DNA of 64,000 bases, from contig CAYPAU010000001.1 in NCBI GenBank assembly GCA_964408825.1, positions 76,789 through 140,788 on the forward strand, written 5' to 3'. Positions within the stretch are counted from its first letter, which is position 1. Every line of letters starts with the position of its first letter. A model generated the notes under the pieces. It saw only the letters and a program-made list of their open reading frames with translations, did not search any database and had not been told where the DNA came from. This stretch comes from an uncultured Gammaproteobacteria bacterium. GTDB lineage: Bacteria > Patescibacteriota > Microgenomatia > Levybacterales > UBA12049. Positions 38,147-47,499 of the stretch are shown piece after piece. The position numbers and the translations under genes are program-made.

Positions 38147-39138
38147 TCTACTATGTTTATTGGCTTCTGGTTAATAAATGCGTTTATATTTTCTACTGTT
38201 GTATCTAAAATTCTGTCGAGTGCCTCTTTGGAATTAAAGGCATTATGGGGAGTTATTAAAACTTTGGGATGGTTAAGCAAGATATGATTACCTATTAAAG
38301 TTTCATAATCTACTTCTTTTTTAAATCCGCGGGTTAATATTTCTGCTTCTTCCGCAAGCTCTCTTTCCTCTTCAAGTACATCAAGGGCCACCCCCTCAAG
38401 TATTCCTTGCTCAAGTCCTATTATTAAAGCCTCTGTATCAATCAGTCCTCCTCTTGCGGTATTAATTAGGTAGGACCCCTTTTTAAATTTGAGAATATTT
38501 TCAGTATTTATTAAATGTTTTGTTTGGGGAGTTAAGGGAAGGTGAAGCGTTATTACATCCGAATTCGCAAGAAGATTATCAAGTTCTGCATATTCAAAAC
38601 CCACCTTTTCTTTAATTTGAGGATCTTTGCTTCTGGTAGAAACCAAAATCTTCATTCCAAATCCCTTTGCAATTTCTGCCACATTGATACCAATTTTTCC
38701 AAGCCCAATTATTCCTATTGTTTTTCCAAAGAGGTCTGTCCCTCTCAATTTACTGTGTTCAAAATTAAGAATTTTTGATTGGTTTATTGATTGGTATATT
38801 TTTCTGGTTAAGTTAAGGATTAGTCCAAATGTATATTCCGCAACGGTTCTTGAACCATATTCAGGAATATTTGATATTTTTATCCCGGAAGTTCTGCAGT
38901 AGGGTTGATCAATGTTATCAAACCCTGTCGCCCTTATGGAAATGAATTTAAGGTTTGGAAGTTTTTTAAGAGTTTTCTCATTTAGGGTAGAGTTTATAAA
39001 AGTTGAAACTATTTCGGAGTCTTTGAAAAGATCTGCGTTTTCTTCTGTAAGTTCATCCTCGTTAGAACCTGCATCCGGAAACTTATTTAAGAGACTTGTC
39101 TTCTCCCACTCTTGAACTTCAAAAAAAGAAATTTTCAT
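38143..39138 (-). CDS. D-isomer-specific 2-hydroxyacid dehydrogenase (D-lactate dehydrogenase-like)
   Basis: RATGFDNID, GLGKIG, LHLPLT, INTARG, DVLE.E, TPHNAF motifs. Confidence 0.92.
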   Translation of the reverse strand: MKISFFEVQEWEKTSLLNKFPDAGSNEDELTEENADLFKDSEIVSTFINSTLNEKTLKKLPNLKFISIRATGFDNIDQPYCRTSGIKISNIPEYGSRTVAEYTFGLILNLTRKIYQSINQSKILNFEHSKLRGTDLFGKTIGIIGLGKIGINVAEIAKGFGMKILVSTRSKDPQIKEKVGFEYAELDNLLANSDVITLHLPLTPQTKHLINTENILKFKKGSYLINTARGGLIDTEALIIGLEQGILEGVALDVLEEERELAEEAEILTRGFKKEVDYETLIGNHILLNHPKVLITPHNAFNSKEALDRILDTTVENINAFINQKPINIVE

Positions 39139-39145
39139 TAAGATA

Positions 39146-40267
39146 CTAAAGAGATAACCTTATTATTTTATCATCATTCTTCTTGGGAATGCCACGACCA
39201 TCAGTATTACTTGTCAAAATATAAAGAGCTCCGTCGGGTCCTTCGACTACCTCTCTTATTCTTCCGTAATTTCCTTCAAAAAACTTACTTAATGAACCTG
39301 AACTTGGATCGTATTTGAACAAAGAAACACCCCTAAGTCCTGCAAAATAAAAAGCGTTTTTATGGAAGGTGAGGCCTGAGGGCGCCCAGGTCTCGGAACC
39401 GCTGTTTATTACAGGAGAGAATATACCGCTTTTGGTTTGGTCGCCCGTAACATTGGGCCAGCCGTAGTTTCCTCCCTTTTCTATTTTATTAAGTTCATCT
39501 TTTGCAGATGCTCCATGTTCTGTTGCCCAAAGATTGCCTTGATCATCCCAAGAGAGTCCCTGTACATTTCGGTGTCCGTATGAATAAACCTCATTATTAA
39601 AAGGATTCCCCGGAGCAGGTTTGCCTTGGTCCGTTACTCTGAGAATTTTTCCGGCCAGTGAATTTTTATTTTGTGAAAGAGAAGGGTTTTGGGCATCTCC
39701 GGTTCCTATGTAAAGAAATCCGTCCGGCTCGCCTCGCTGAGTCGAAGCGGGTCCAAATTTTATTCTCCCGCCGTTATGATTAATATTCCCCGGGATATTG
39801 TCCACGATTATTTTTTCATCCTGAAAAGAGTTATTCTCAAAAACAAATCTCGAAACTCTGTTTAGGGTGCTGCCATTATTATTTTCAAAAGTATAATAAA
39901 GGTAAATATATTTGTTTTGATTAAAATCAGGATGAATCGCAACTCCCATAAGTCCGCCTTCGCCTTGCGCTTTAACATTTGTAAGATCTGCAATTTGCTG
40001 GGGGTTTTCCTTAAATTCCTTATCGGTCAAAAGAACTTGTCCTTCTCTTTGAGTCAGAAGGAAATCTCCGTTTGGGAGAAACGCAATCGCCCATGGGATT
40101 CTCAGATTTTTAGCAACAATGTCTTCTTTACCATAATTTTTTTCTTGTTTAACGTTGTCCTGAGGTTTAAATATCTTGGGCATGCCTAGTTTTGAATTGT
40201 TGATCAGAAGAAGATATGCGGAGGTTCCAAGGATTAAGGTTATAAAAAACAACTTAATTTTTTTCAC
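39146..40267 (-). CDS. PQQ-dependent sugar (glucose/sorbosone) dehydrogenase family, with 8-aa palindrome insert
   Basis: PW.IAFLP, GEGGLMG, HNGGRIKFGP..DG.LY, GKILR, YGHRNVQG, EHG, NYGWP, GRIR motifs. Confidence 0.92.
   Translation of the reverse strand: MKKIKLFFITLILGTSAYLLLINNSKLGMPKIFKPQDNVKQEKNYGKEDIVAKNLRIPWAIAFLPNGDFLLTQREGQVLLTDKEFKENPQQIADLTNVKAQGEGGLMGVAIHPDFNQNKYIYLYYTFENNNGSTLNRVSRFVFENNSFQDEKIIVDNIPGNINHNGGRIKFGPASTQRGEPDGFLYIGTGDAQNPSLSQNKNSLAGKILRVTDQGKPAPGNPFNNEVYSYGHRNVQGLSWDDQGNLWATEHGASAKDELNKIEKGGNYGWPNVTGDQTKSGIFSPVINSGSETWAPSGLTFHKNAFYFAGLRGVSLFKYDPSSGSLSKFFEGNYGRIREVVEGPDGALYILTSNTDGRGIPKKNDDKIIRLSL
39728..39751. repeat. 24-bp palindrome inserted in frame in the PQQ dehydrogenase
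   Basis: Minus strand CCCGCTTCG-ACTCAG-CGAGGCGAG. Confidence 0.82.
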
Positions 40268-40378
40268 ATTTTTTATTATATTCTTAATTTCTTAAGTTTG
40301 CACACATAATTCTTGATCTCCCTAAAGCTATCTGTTATTATTTAATTTAATTAGTTAACCCTCCGGGGTTGACTTTTT

Positions 40379-41890
40379 TTGAACAAAATGTATAAAATTA
40401 TATCAGACAAAGCAAACATGGTGTCCCTTGAGACTGTAGATGGGCGCATCGACCTACCGGAGAGGACCAAACTGGTTCCCCTAGATTTCCTTGAACAAAT
40501 TTCACATCAAATAAATCCACAAATTAGAGCAGACGGTATAAGAGCATCTTCTTCAACCGACAGATTTGGCCCAGCATCCGAATCAAACTCAAACGGGAGG
40601 CGTGGCTTAAGGCTCTTTGTAAGAGACGGACTGCAGGTTATTGAGGATAAAATACATGCTGATAGTCTTTTTCAAAACGGACTCTTCAAGCTTCCAATAG
40701 AAGAAGCCTTTTTTAGCTTATTAAAATATGTAGGAACAGAGGATGTACCCGAACGGGGAATTTATAGAGGCAAACAGGTACATGAGATTGGATATGTTGC
40801 GGATGGATTTCCAAGGCATTGGGTTTCTGATCCAAATGAGCTTGGAGTAAATCCTGACTCAAGAGATGCAACTCCTCACACTCTAATTGTCATGGACAAG
40901 ATGCTTAAAATACTTCCCGATAGACCTGATTTATTCGAAAGATTTTTATCATACGCAGTACCAATGCTTGAATGGGATTTGAAAGACTCAGAAGAGCATG
41001 GAGGATTTCCGACATACACCGGTGCCGAATTTGATAAGGAGAGGAAAACCGAAGGCCTTACTAACCACAGATGGACAGACTGCGGCTATTTTGTAACAAA
41101 TGAAAATGGGACAATTCCCAAACACCCAATAGCTGCGGTAGAAATTGCTGCGATGACATGGGCCGCAAGGCTCAGATGGGCAGATAGGCTTGAGGGCAGG
41201 GAAGGATTTGAAGAATTAAGTCGAAAATTAAGAATATCGGCCGGAGAACTTCAGGGAAAATTTATGGAACATTTTGTTTTTGAAGATGAGGGAGGACCGT
41301 TTCTTGCAGATGCACTTGACGGAGACTTAAAGCCGGTAAAATCTGTTACCTGTAATCCAATAATCGCATTGTCCTACGATTATGAAGGGAACCAAATTGT
41401 TCAAGATGAAGATTTGGTAAGAGAAATAATAGAAAGAACGTTTACCTTCTTTGATCCACGTGGCGGAATTTTGACGGTAGATCCGAAATCTTATACGCAT
41501 CCTAAGAATATATACCAGGGGAAAGAAGCTTTATGGATTAAGGTTCAGTCAAATGCCATGAGAGCACTTCTTATAGCATCCAAAAGATTAAGAAAGTTAA
41601 ATCCAACACTTTCAGGACAATATGAGAAGATGGCAATAACACTAGCCCAGGCATCTCTTAAGCCACCTCATCATTTTGCTTCCCCAATTGAAGTTGTTCT
41701 TCTTCTCCCCTCAGGAGGTTATAGGCGGTATGAAGAATACGATGAGGATGGGAAAAAGATTGGAGAAGCCTGCCGAGTTCAGTCATGGACAGGGAGTGCC
41801 ATGGAATATGCAATTTCATTCCTTAGGTCAAGGGGAATAAGTAATGTAGACATTTCCATACCAAACCCAAGTCTCTCTCAGGTTGTCTGA
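40379..41890 (+). CDS. Divergent amylo-alpha-1,6-glucosidase / glycogen-debranching-like glycosidase (start uncertain, possibly 40418)
   Basis: LFVRDG, GKQVHE, DATP, GLTNHRWTD, PIAAVE, ALDG...TCNP, AC.VQSW resemble the family motifs. Confidence 0.65.
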   Translation: MNKMYKIISDKANMVSLETVDGRIDLPERTKLVPLDFLEQISHQINPQIRADGIRASSSTDRFGPASESNSNGRRGLRLFVRDGLQVIEDKIHADSLFQNGLFKLPIEEAFFSLLKYVGTEDVPERGIYRGKQVHEIGYVADGFPRHWVSDPNELGVNPDSRDATPHTLIVMDKMLKILPDRPDLFERFLSYAVPMLEWDLKDSEEHGGFPTYTGAEFDKERKTEGLTNHRWTDCGYFVTNENGTIPKHPIAAVEIAAMTWAARLRWADRLEGREGFEELSRKLRISAGELQGKFMEHFVFEDEGGPFLADALDGDLKPVKSVTCNPIIALSYDYEGNQIVQDEDLVREIIERTFTFFDPRGGILTVDPKSYTHPKNIYQGKEALWIKVQSNAMRALLIASKRLRKLNPTLSGQYEKMAITLAQASLKPPHHFASPIEVVLLLPSGGYRRYEEYDEDGKKIGEACRVQSWTGSAMEYAISFLRSRGISNVDISIPNPSLSQVV

Positions 41891-42357
41891 GACTGCCTCC
41901 CTTTACCGTTTTGTGAGGGAAGCTTTTCAATAGAGCTTATTTTTTCCTGAATAAAACTCATTGCGCTTTTGATATCATCCAAATCTTTTTGAATGTCTTC
42001 CACATCTTCTTCCAATTCCTCTTTTTCTTTTTCTTCTTCCTGCTGTTCTTTTTCTTCTTCAAGCTCACGATACTCATCAATAAGCGCCTGTCTTTTCTGA
42101 GCTACTAAAATAAAGGTTGCCAAAAAGACAGCCTCCAATGAAAGAAGTATATTGAAAATTTCAATTTGAAAAGGTCTGGTAATGAAAAAAAGCACGAAAG
42201 CAATTACATGAAAATAAACAAAAAACATGCCCCCCGAGAGGTTTGTTATTAATTCTGCCATACGTCCCTCAGTGGATTGAAGCCTTTTTTTTAGTTGTTC
42301 CGGCGTTATCTTCTTGGCTATTCTAAATGGTATCGTAGCTATTGTTTTTCTTGTCAT
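41878..42357 (-). CDS. DUF1003-like small membrane protein with acidic coiled coil
   Basis: FVYFH, PF.., LSLEAVFLATFILVAQ.RQ pattern. Confidence 0.75.
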   Translation of the reverse strand: MTRKTIATIPFRIAKKITPEQLKKRLQSTEGRMAELITNLSGGMFFVYFHVIAFVLFFITRPFQIEIFNILLSLEAVFLATFILVAQKRQALIDEYRELEEEKEQQEEEKEKEELEEDVEDIQKDLDDIKSAMSFIQEKISSIEKLPSQNGKGRQSQTT

Positions 42358-42459
42358 ATTTAAATTTTAGTCCCGATCGTAAAGCGGTGTCAACCCCGCA
42401 CCGCCTCCTCTTGACAACTAGCAAAGTGTATGATAGAGTGCCAATACTACGATAAATTT

Positions 42460-44880
42460 ATGGAAAAATTAATCCCGGTAATTCCAATAAGAGACGGGAT
42501 CATCTTTCCAAAGATAGATTCTGTTTTAACTTTTGGAAGGCCCAAGAGCCTTGCCGCACTTGAGAGTTCTTTTCAGGGAGAAAGAGTCGTTTGTTTTGTC
42601 CTTCAAAAAAACCCAAGACTCAATGAGCCTGAATCTCAGGATTTATATGAAATAGGGACCCTTTCCAGAATAGAAAGAATGATAAGATCGGACGGGGAGA
42701 TAAATGCTCAGGTAAAAGGTATTTCAAGAGCAAAAATATTATCTTATGAGCCCCACGAACAATTCTTACTTGCAAAAGTAACTGAGCTTGAAGATGTTCT
42801 TGCGGAAGATCCCCAAATAAAGGCTCTTTGCAATCACATAACCAATCAGTTCAGAAAAGCAATAAACCTTGGAAAATCAGTAGACTTTCTTGCCTTCATG
42901 AATATAATGTCTGATAATTCCCCTTCGGAGCTTGCAGATCTTATAGCTTCTGTATTGGATGTAAAACCACAGGAGCGGCAGGAGCTTTTGGAAATGATAG
43001 ATGTAAAACAGAGACTTGAAAAAGTTTCAGACCTTTTAAGTAAAGAAATAAAAGTCTTGGAACTTGAAAGAAAGCTTGCCTCAAAGACTCAGGAAAGATT
43101 TGAAAAAGGAGCAAAAGAGGCATTGCTTAGGGAAAGACTTAAGACTATCGAAAAAGAACTTGGGCAAAGTGAGGAAGATGGCGAAATAAGAGAGCTTTTG
43201 GACAAAATAAAAGAGGCAGGGATGCCTGAGGACGTTGAGGAAAAGGCAAGGAAAGAGCTTAAGAAACTTGGGCAAATGAATCAATTTAATCCGGAAGCAG
43301 GTTACATCAGAAATTATCTGGATTGGCTTGTAAGTCTTCCATGGAGCAAGGAAAGCAAGAGCGATGTTGATATAAAATCGGCAGAAAAAATTCTAGATGA
43401 GGACCACTATGGACTTAAAAAGATTAAAGAAAGAATTGTTGAGTACTTGGCAGTTCATAAGCTCTCGGGGAAGATGAAAGGTCCGATCCTCTGTTTTGTG
43501 GGACCACCGGGTGTTGGAAAAACATCTATTGGAAAATCCATAGCAAGAGCATTAAATCGCAAATTTGTAAGGGTTTCTTTGGGCGGTATTAGAGACGAAG
43601 CAGAGATTAGGGGACACAGGAGAACCTATGTTGGGGCTCTTCCCGGAAGGATAATTCAAGGTGTTAAGGACGCAGGTACCAGAAATCCTGTCTTTATGCT
43701 CGATGAAATAGATAAGGTAGGGGCAGATTTTAGAGGCGATCCATCCTCGGCACTCTTAGAAGCATTGGATCCCGAGCAAAATAATTCCTTCTCAGACCAT
43801 TATCTTGAAGTACCTTTTGATCTTTCGGACGTAATGTTTGTTACAACCGCAAACGTTTTAGATACAATTCCTCCGGCACTTCGCGACAGACTTGAAATTA
43901 TTAACTTCGCTGGTTACACCCATGATGAGAAGTATAAAATTGCCAAAGAGTTCCTTCTTAAGAAACAAATGGAAAGCCACGGACTTTCCGATAAAACTGT
44001 CGAAGTAAAAGACGATGCCATAAAGTTCGCAATCCAGCATTACACACGAGAAGCAGGAGTAAGAAGTTTGGAGCGACAAATCGCATCGGTTCTGCGGAAA
44101 ATTGCAAAGATTATTGCGGAGGCTATGCCTGCCGCCCGCCTGCCGGGCGGACAGGGCAGGCAGGGCAAAAAGACAAAGATTGCAATTGGGGCAAAAGATA
44201 TACCTAAATACTTGGGTCCAATAAAGCTAAGAGGTACTTTGGTTGAAAAGAAGGATGAAATAGGGATGTCCACTGGTCTTGCTTGGACAGAGGCAGGGGG
44301 AGACATACTATTTATAGAGGTAGCTCTTATGCCGGGCAAGGGGAATTTGATACTTACGGGTCAGCTTGGAGATGTCATGAAGGAATCCTGTCAGGCTGCG
44401 ATGAGCTACATAAGGGCAAGAGCAAAGCTAATGGGACTTCCTGAGAAGTTCTATTCAAAAATTGACGTACATGTTCATGTTCCGGAAGGCGCAGTTCCCA
44501 AAGACGGGCCTTCGGCAGGAATTGCTATAACAACTGCAATTGTTTCTGCACTGACCCGAATACCGGTTAATCGAAAAGTCGGGATGACAGGTGAGGTTAC
44601 GCTTCGGGGAAGAGCGCTTGAAATAGGCGGAGTCAAGGAAAAAGTGATAGCTGCTCACAGAGCGGGTTTAAAGACCATAATAATGCCAAAGGATAATAAG
44701 AAAGACCTCGAAGATGTGCCAAAAGAAGTAATAAAAGACTTAAGTTTTAAGTTTGTCAATCACATGGACGAGGTTTTAAATATTGCTCTTATGAAACCGC
44801 TTCAGAGAATTAAGGCTCATGAGGCAGAGCCGGCACCAAGACCCATGCTCCACGCCACCCCTCCAACTCAGGCAGACTAG
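42460..44880 (+). CDS. lon: Lon protease (endopeptidase La), with 14-aa nested palindrome insert
   Basis: [42 protein letters not shown] motifs. Confidence 0.98.
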   Translation: MEKLIPVIPIRDGIIFPKIDSVLTFGRPKSLAALESSFQGERVVCFVLQKNPRLNEPESQDLYEIGTLSRIERMIRSDGEINAQVKGISRAKILSYEPHEQFLLAKVTELEDVLAEDPQIKALCNHITNQFRKAINLGKSVDFLAFMNIMSDNSPSELADLIASVLDVKPQERQELLEMIDVKQRLEKVSDLLSKEIKVLELERKLASKTQERFEKGAKEALLRERLKTIEKELGQSEEDGEIRELLDKIKEAGMPEDVEEKARKELKKLGQMNQFNPEAGYIRNYLDWLVSLPWSKESKSDVDIKSAEKILDEDHYGLKKIKERIVEYLAVHKLSGKMKGPILCFVGPPGVGKTSIGKSIARALNRKFVRVSLGGIRDEAEIRGHRRTYVGALPGRIIQGVKDAGTRNPVFMLDEIDKVGADFRGDPSSALLEALDPEQNNSFSDHYLEVPFDLSDVMFVTTANVLDTIPPALRDRLEIINFAGYTHDEKYKIAKEFLLKKQMESHGLSDKTVEVKDDAIKFAIQHYTREAGVRSLERQIASVLRKIAKIIAEAMPAARLPGGQGRQGKKTKIAIGAKDIPKYLGPIKLRGTLVEKKDEIGMSTGLAWTEAGGDILFIEVALMPGKGNLILTGQLGDVMKESCQAAMSYIRARAKLMGLPEKFYSKIDVHVHVPEGAVPKDGPSAGIAITTAIVSALTRIPVNRKVGMTGEVTLRGRALEIGGVKEKVIAAHRAGLKTIIMPKDNKKDLEDVPKEVIKDLSFKFVNHMDEVLNIALMKPLQRIKAHEAEPAPRPMLHATPPTQAD
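44123..44164. repeat. Nested 21+21-bp palindromes inserted in frame in lon
   Basis: CTATGCCTGCCG [CCCGCCTGCCGGGCGGACAGG] GCAGGCAGG. Confidence 0.8.
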
Positions 44881-44916
44881 TTTGCGCAGGGATTTTTAAT
44901 CCAATATAATGTTTAG

Positions 44917-45624
44917 ATGGAGTTGCTTCTTCAGGTTTCTGATTTTTTTCTTCATCTCGATAAATACCTCGCAGTTATAATCTCAGCAGTCGGACCTCTT
45001 ACATACGTAGTCTTATTTGCAATAGTTTTCGTTGAAACCGGATTTGTAATCATGCCTTTTCTTCCCGGGGATTCGCTTCTTTTTATATCAGGCGCACTGT
45101 CCGGAACAGGACACTTAAATGTTTTTTTGGTTTACGCTACCCTATTTTTGGCAGCTGTAATAGGGGATACCGTGAACTATTGGGTGGGTCATCACATAGG
45201 GCCGCGGGTTTTCTCAAAAGAAAATTCAAGAATTTTCAAAAAAGAATATCTCGAGAGGACTCGGGAATTTTACGAAAAGCATGGAGGAAAGACCATTATA
45301 CTTGCCCGCTTTATTCCAATAATTCGCTCTTTTGCTCCTTTTGTGGCAGGAGTAGGCAAAATGCATTACAAAACGTTTTTAATGTACAACGTCTCAGGGG
45401 CATTTGTCTGGGTAACTCTATTTGTGCTTGGTGGCTATTTCTTTGGAGGACTTCCGATTATCAAAGAAAACTTTCACTACACTGTATTTATAATCGTGTT
45501 CCTATCCTTCCTTCCAATGGTTATCGAGTATATAAATCACAAACGCAGAAAAAGATTGGCAAGAGAAAAGACCACATATGAGGAAATAGAAAAAACTTTC
45601 GAAAAAGAACACCTCGCCGACTAG
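44917..45624 (+). CDS. dedA: DedA family membrane protein
   Basis: FVETG..PFLPGDSLLF, GD.VNY..G, ARFIPIIR.FAPFVAG motifs. Confidence 0.95.
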   Translation: MELLLQVSDFFLHLDKYLAVIISAVGPLTYVVLFAIVFVETGFVIMPFLPGDSLLFISGALSGTGHLNVFLVYATLFLAAVIGDTVNYWVGHHIGPRVFSKENSRIFKKEYLERTREFYEKHGGKTIILARFIPIIRSFAPFVAGVGKMHYKTFLMYNVSGAFVWVTLFVLGGYFFGGLPIIKENFHYTVFIIVFLSFLPMVIEYINHKRRKRLAREKTTYEEIEKTFEKEHLAD

Positions 45625-45672
45625 CGTTTGAAATTGTAATTAAACCCAGATTAAGGTAAAATAATGGCAGTT

Positions 45673-45745
45673 GGCCCCATCGTCTAGTGGCCTAGGACGG
45701 CAGGTTCTCATCCTGCAAACCCGGATTCGACTTCCGGTGGGGTCA
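45673..45745 (+). tRNA. tRNA-Glu (CTC), CCA not encoded
   Basis: Acceptor GGCCCCA/TGGGGTC, anticodon arm GCAGG-TTCTCAT-CCTGC, T arm CCGGA-TTCGACT-TCCGG. Confidence 0.95.
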
Positions 45746-45746
45746 C

Positions 45747-46109
45747 TTCGGCAAGCTCAGTGCAAGCACTTCTATGCTAAAGGCTTCAGAGTGGTTCATC
45801 TATATGCTTCTTTGCGATAATAAAACTTTCTACACGGGGATTACTGATAATTTTATCGAGAGGTTTATAAAACATATAAATAAACAGAATATATCTACAA
45901 AAAAGTTTTTAAAAATTAAATTTGTTTATGCAGAAAAATATCGAGACAAATATCAAGCGGCAAGGAGAGAAAAACAGCTCAAAGGTTGGTCGCATGCAAA
46001 GAAGCAGTTAATGATTGACGGAAAACTTGGAATTAATACTTGTACTGAGTTTGTTGAAGATCTCATTTCGAAGCTGAATCTTTGAGTTTATTCCGAGCCT
46101 GCCGAGGAA
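45747..46109 (+). mobile_element. GIY-YIG mini-element at the tRNA-Glu 3' end
   Basis: 17-bp direct repeat ACTTCCGGTGGGGTCAC at 45730-46 and 46110-26; inverted ends CTTCGGCAAGCTCAG / CCGAGCCTGCCGAGG. Confidence 0.75.
45774..46085 (+). CDS. GIY-YIG nuclease family protein (UPF0213/YazA-like)
   Basis: WFIYML.C...FYTGITDN..ERF..H, A.RREKQLKGWSHAKK motifs. Confidence 0.92.
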   Translation: MLKASEWFIYMLLCDNKTFYTGITDNFIERFIKHINKQNISTKKFLKIKFVYAEKYRDKYQAARREKQLKGWSHAKKQLMIDGKLGINTCTEFVEDLISKLNL

Positions 46110-46132
46110 ACTTCCGGTGGGGTCACAAGAGC

Positions 46133-46996
46133 TCATAAGTTTTTAAAGGCGTATTCCCTGCTTGATCGAACTACATATCCTACGGTTGGGGGAGCAAAAT
46201 GCGCTCCTATAAGAAGGATTTCCTTGTCGGTAATTTCTTCCAATAATTTCCTGCGTGTTTCTATAGCTTTGTCCGGATAAGTATCGTATTCTATTGTCCA
46301 TTCGGGATTTGCCAACTGACAAGGATGATGAATAAAATCTCCCGAAAATAAAGCATTTTTGCCTTTTGATTCAATTTTTAAACTAACATGTTCCGGTGTA
46401 TGTCCGGGCGCAGAGATTAGTTTCAAATTCTTATCTATCATATAATCGGATGAGATAAATTTTCCAAGCCCTGCATCCACCACGGGTTTTACTGAATCAT
46501 CAAAGGCGTCTTTATCATCGGCAACTTCACGTTCTGGATTAGTCTTCCAGTAATCATATTCTTTCTGCACAAATAGATATTCAGCATTTGGGAATGTAGG
46601 TTTCCAAACCCCATCGATCAATTCCGTATTCCATCCCACGTGATCAGTATGAAGATGTGTACTAATAACCACATCTACTTTTTCTTTTGCAACTCCCAGT
46701 TTTCTTAGTTTATCTAAAAAATCCGTTTTTAATCTTGACCATTCCGGAAGATCCGTGCGAATTTTGTCATTGCCATTTCCCGTATCAACTAAGATATTCT
46801 TACCTTCCGATTTGATGAGAAATGAAGCAACAGTAGCTTTAAATTTACCATTTTTGTCTGCAAAATGAGGAAATAGCCATTTTATTCTTCTGATTTTTTC
46901 GGGGGTTGCCGGTTTTATCCCATCCTGCAAAACTTTCCCTGCATCGGGAATTTCGATAATTTGGAAAATCTCAACATCACCAATTTTCCACTTCAT
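46133..46996 (-). CDS. MBL-fold metallo-hydrolase (AHL-lactonase-like subgroup)
   Basis: THLHTDHVG, PGHT..H, GD..HH, GAHF motifs. Confidence 0.9.
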   Translation of the reverse strand: MKWKIGDVEIFQIIEIPDAGKVLQDGIKPATPEKIRRIKWLFPHFADKNGKFKATVASFLIKSEGKNILVDTGNGNDKIRTDLPEWSRLKTDFLDKLRKLGVAKEKVDVVISTHLHTDHVGWNTELIDGVWKPTFPNAEYLFVQKEYDYWKTNPEREVADDKDAFDDSVKPVVDAGLGKFISSDYMIDKNLKLISAPGHTPEHVSLKIESKGKNALFSGDFIHHPCQLANPEWTIEYDTYPDKAIETRRKLLEEITDKEILLIGAHFAPPTVGYVVRSSREYAFKNL

Positions 46997-47003
46997 GAGG
47001 AAA

Positions 47004-47474
47004 TTATAGCAGTTTTTTTATTGCCTTCTGATAAATGATGTTATCGACTATCCAACCTTCTTTTTCTCTTTTTATCTCTCTATATCCATTCTTTTCATAA
47101 AATCTCTGTGCAGAAACTTGCTTGGCAGAAGTATTAAGCTGAAGTGTTTTATATCCTAGCTCTTTTGCTCTTTTTTCAAGCACGTCGAGAATCATTTGCC
47201 CATAACCTTTTCTTTGATAAGTCGGGTCAACTCTCATTCTTCTTATTTCCCCAATTTCATCTGTCATTTTTCGCAATCCTCCCATTGCGATTATCTTGCT
47301 ATCTAATAATCCTACTAAAAACTCTCCTCGGTTATTTAGATAAATTCTTTCTATGTCATCAAAGTCCTTTTCCCATTTGCCTGTATACATATATGCGTCT
47401 TCATTTTTCAAAGCGCGAACATGAAGATTAAAGATCTCATCTTTGTCAGAGGGTTGATATTGTCTGATTATCAT
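47004..47474 (-). CDS. GNAT family N-acetyltransferase
   Basis: RMRVDPTYQRKGYG, A..FYEKNGY motifs. Confidence 0.92.
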   Translation of the reverse strand: MIIRQYQPSDKDEIFNLHVRALKNEDAYMYTGKWEKDFDDIERIYLNNRGEFLVGLLDSKIIAMGGLRKMTDEIGEIRRMRVDPTYQRKGYGQMILDVLEKRAKELGYKTLQLNTSAKQVSAQRFYEKNGYREIKREKEGWIVDNIIYQKAIKKLL

Positions 47475-47499
47475 AAAAGGTTGCTTGATGTACGAGCTA

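Noticed and set aside
42384-42404. GCGGTG-N9-CACCGC hairpin upstream of lon as a CIRCE/HrcA operator
   Set aside because: The 9-nt spacer fits, but the arms do not match TTAGCACTC/GAGTGCTAA; left unassigned
27717-46126. Large integrase-type island or prophage between the two tRNAs
   Set aside because: Each tRNA-end duplication closes within ~380 bp, no integrase or phage genes are present, and core genes (ppsA, lon) lie between
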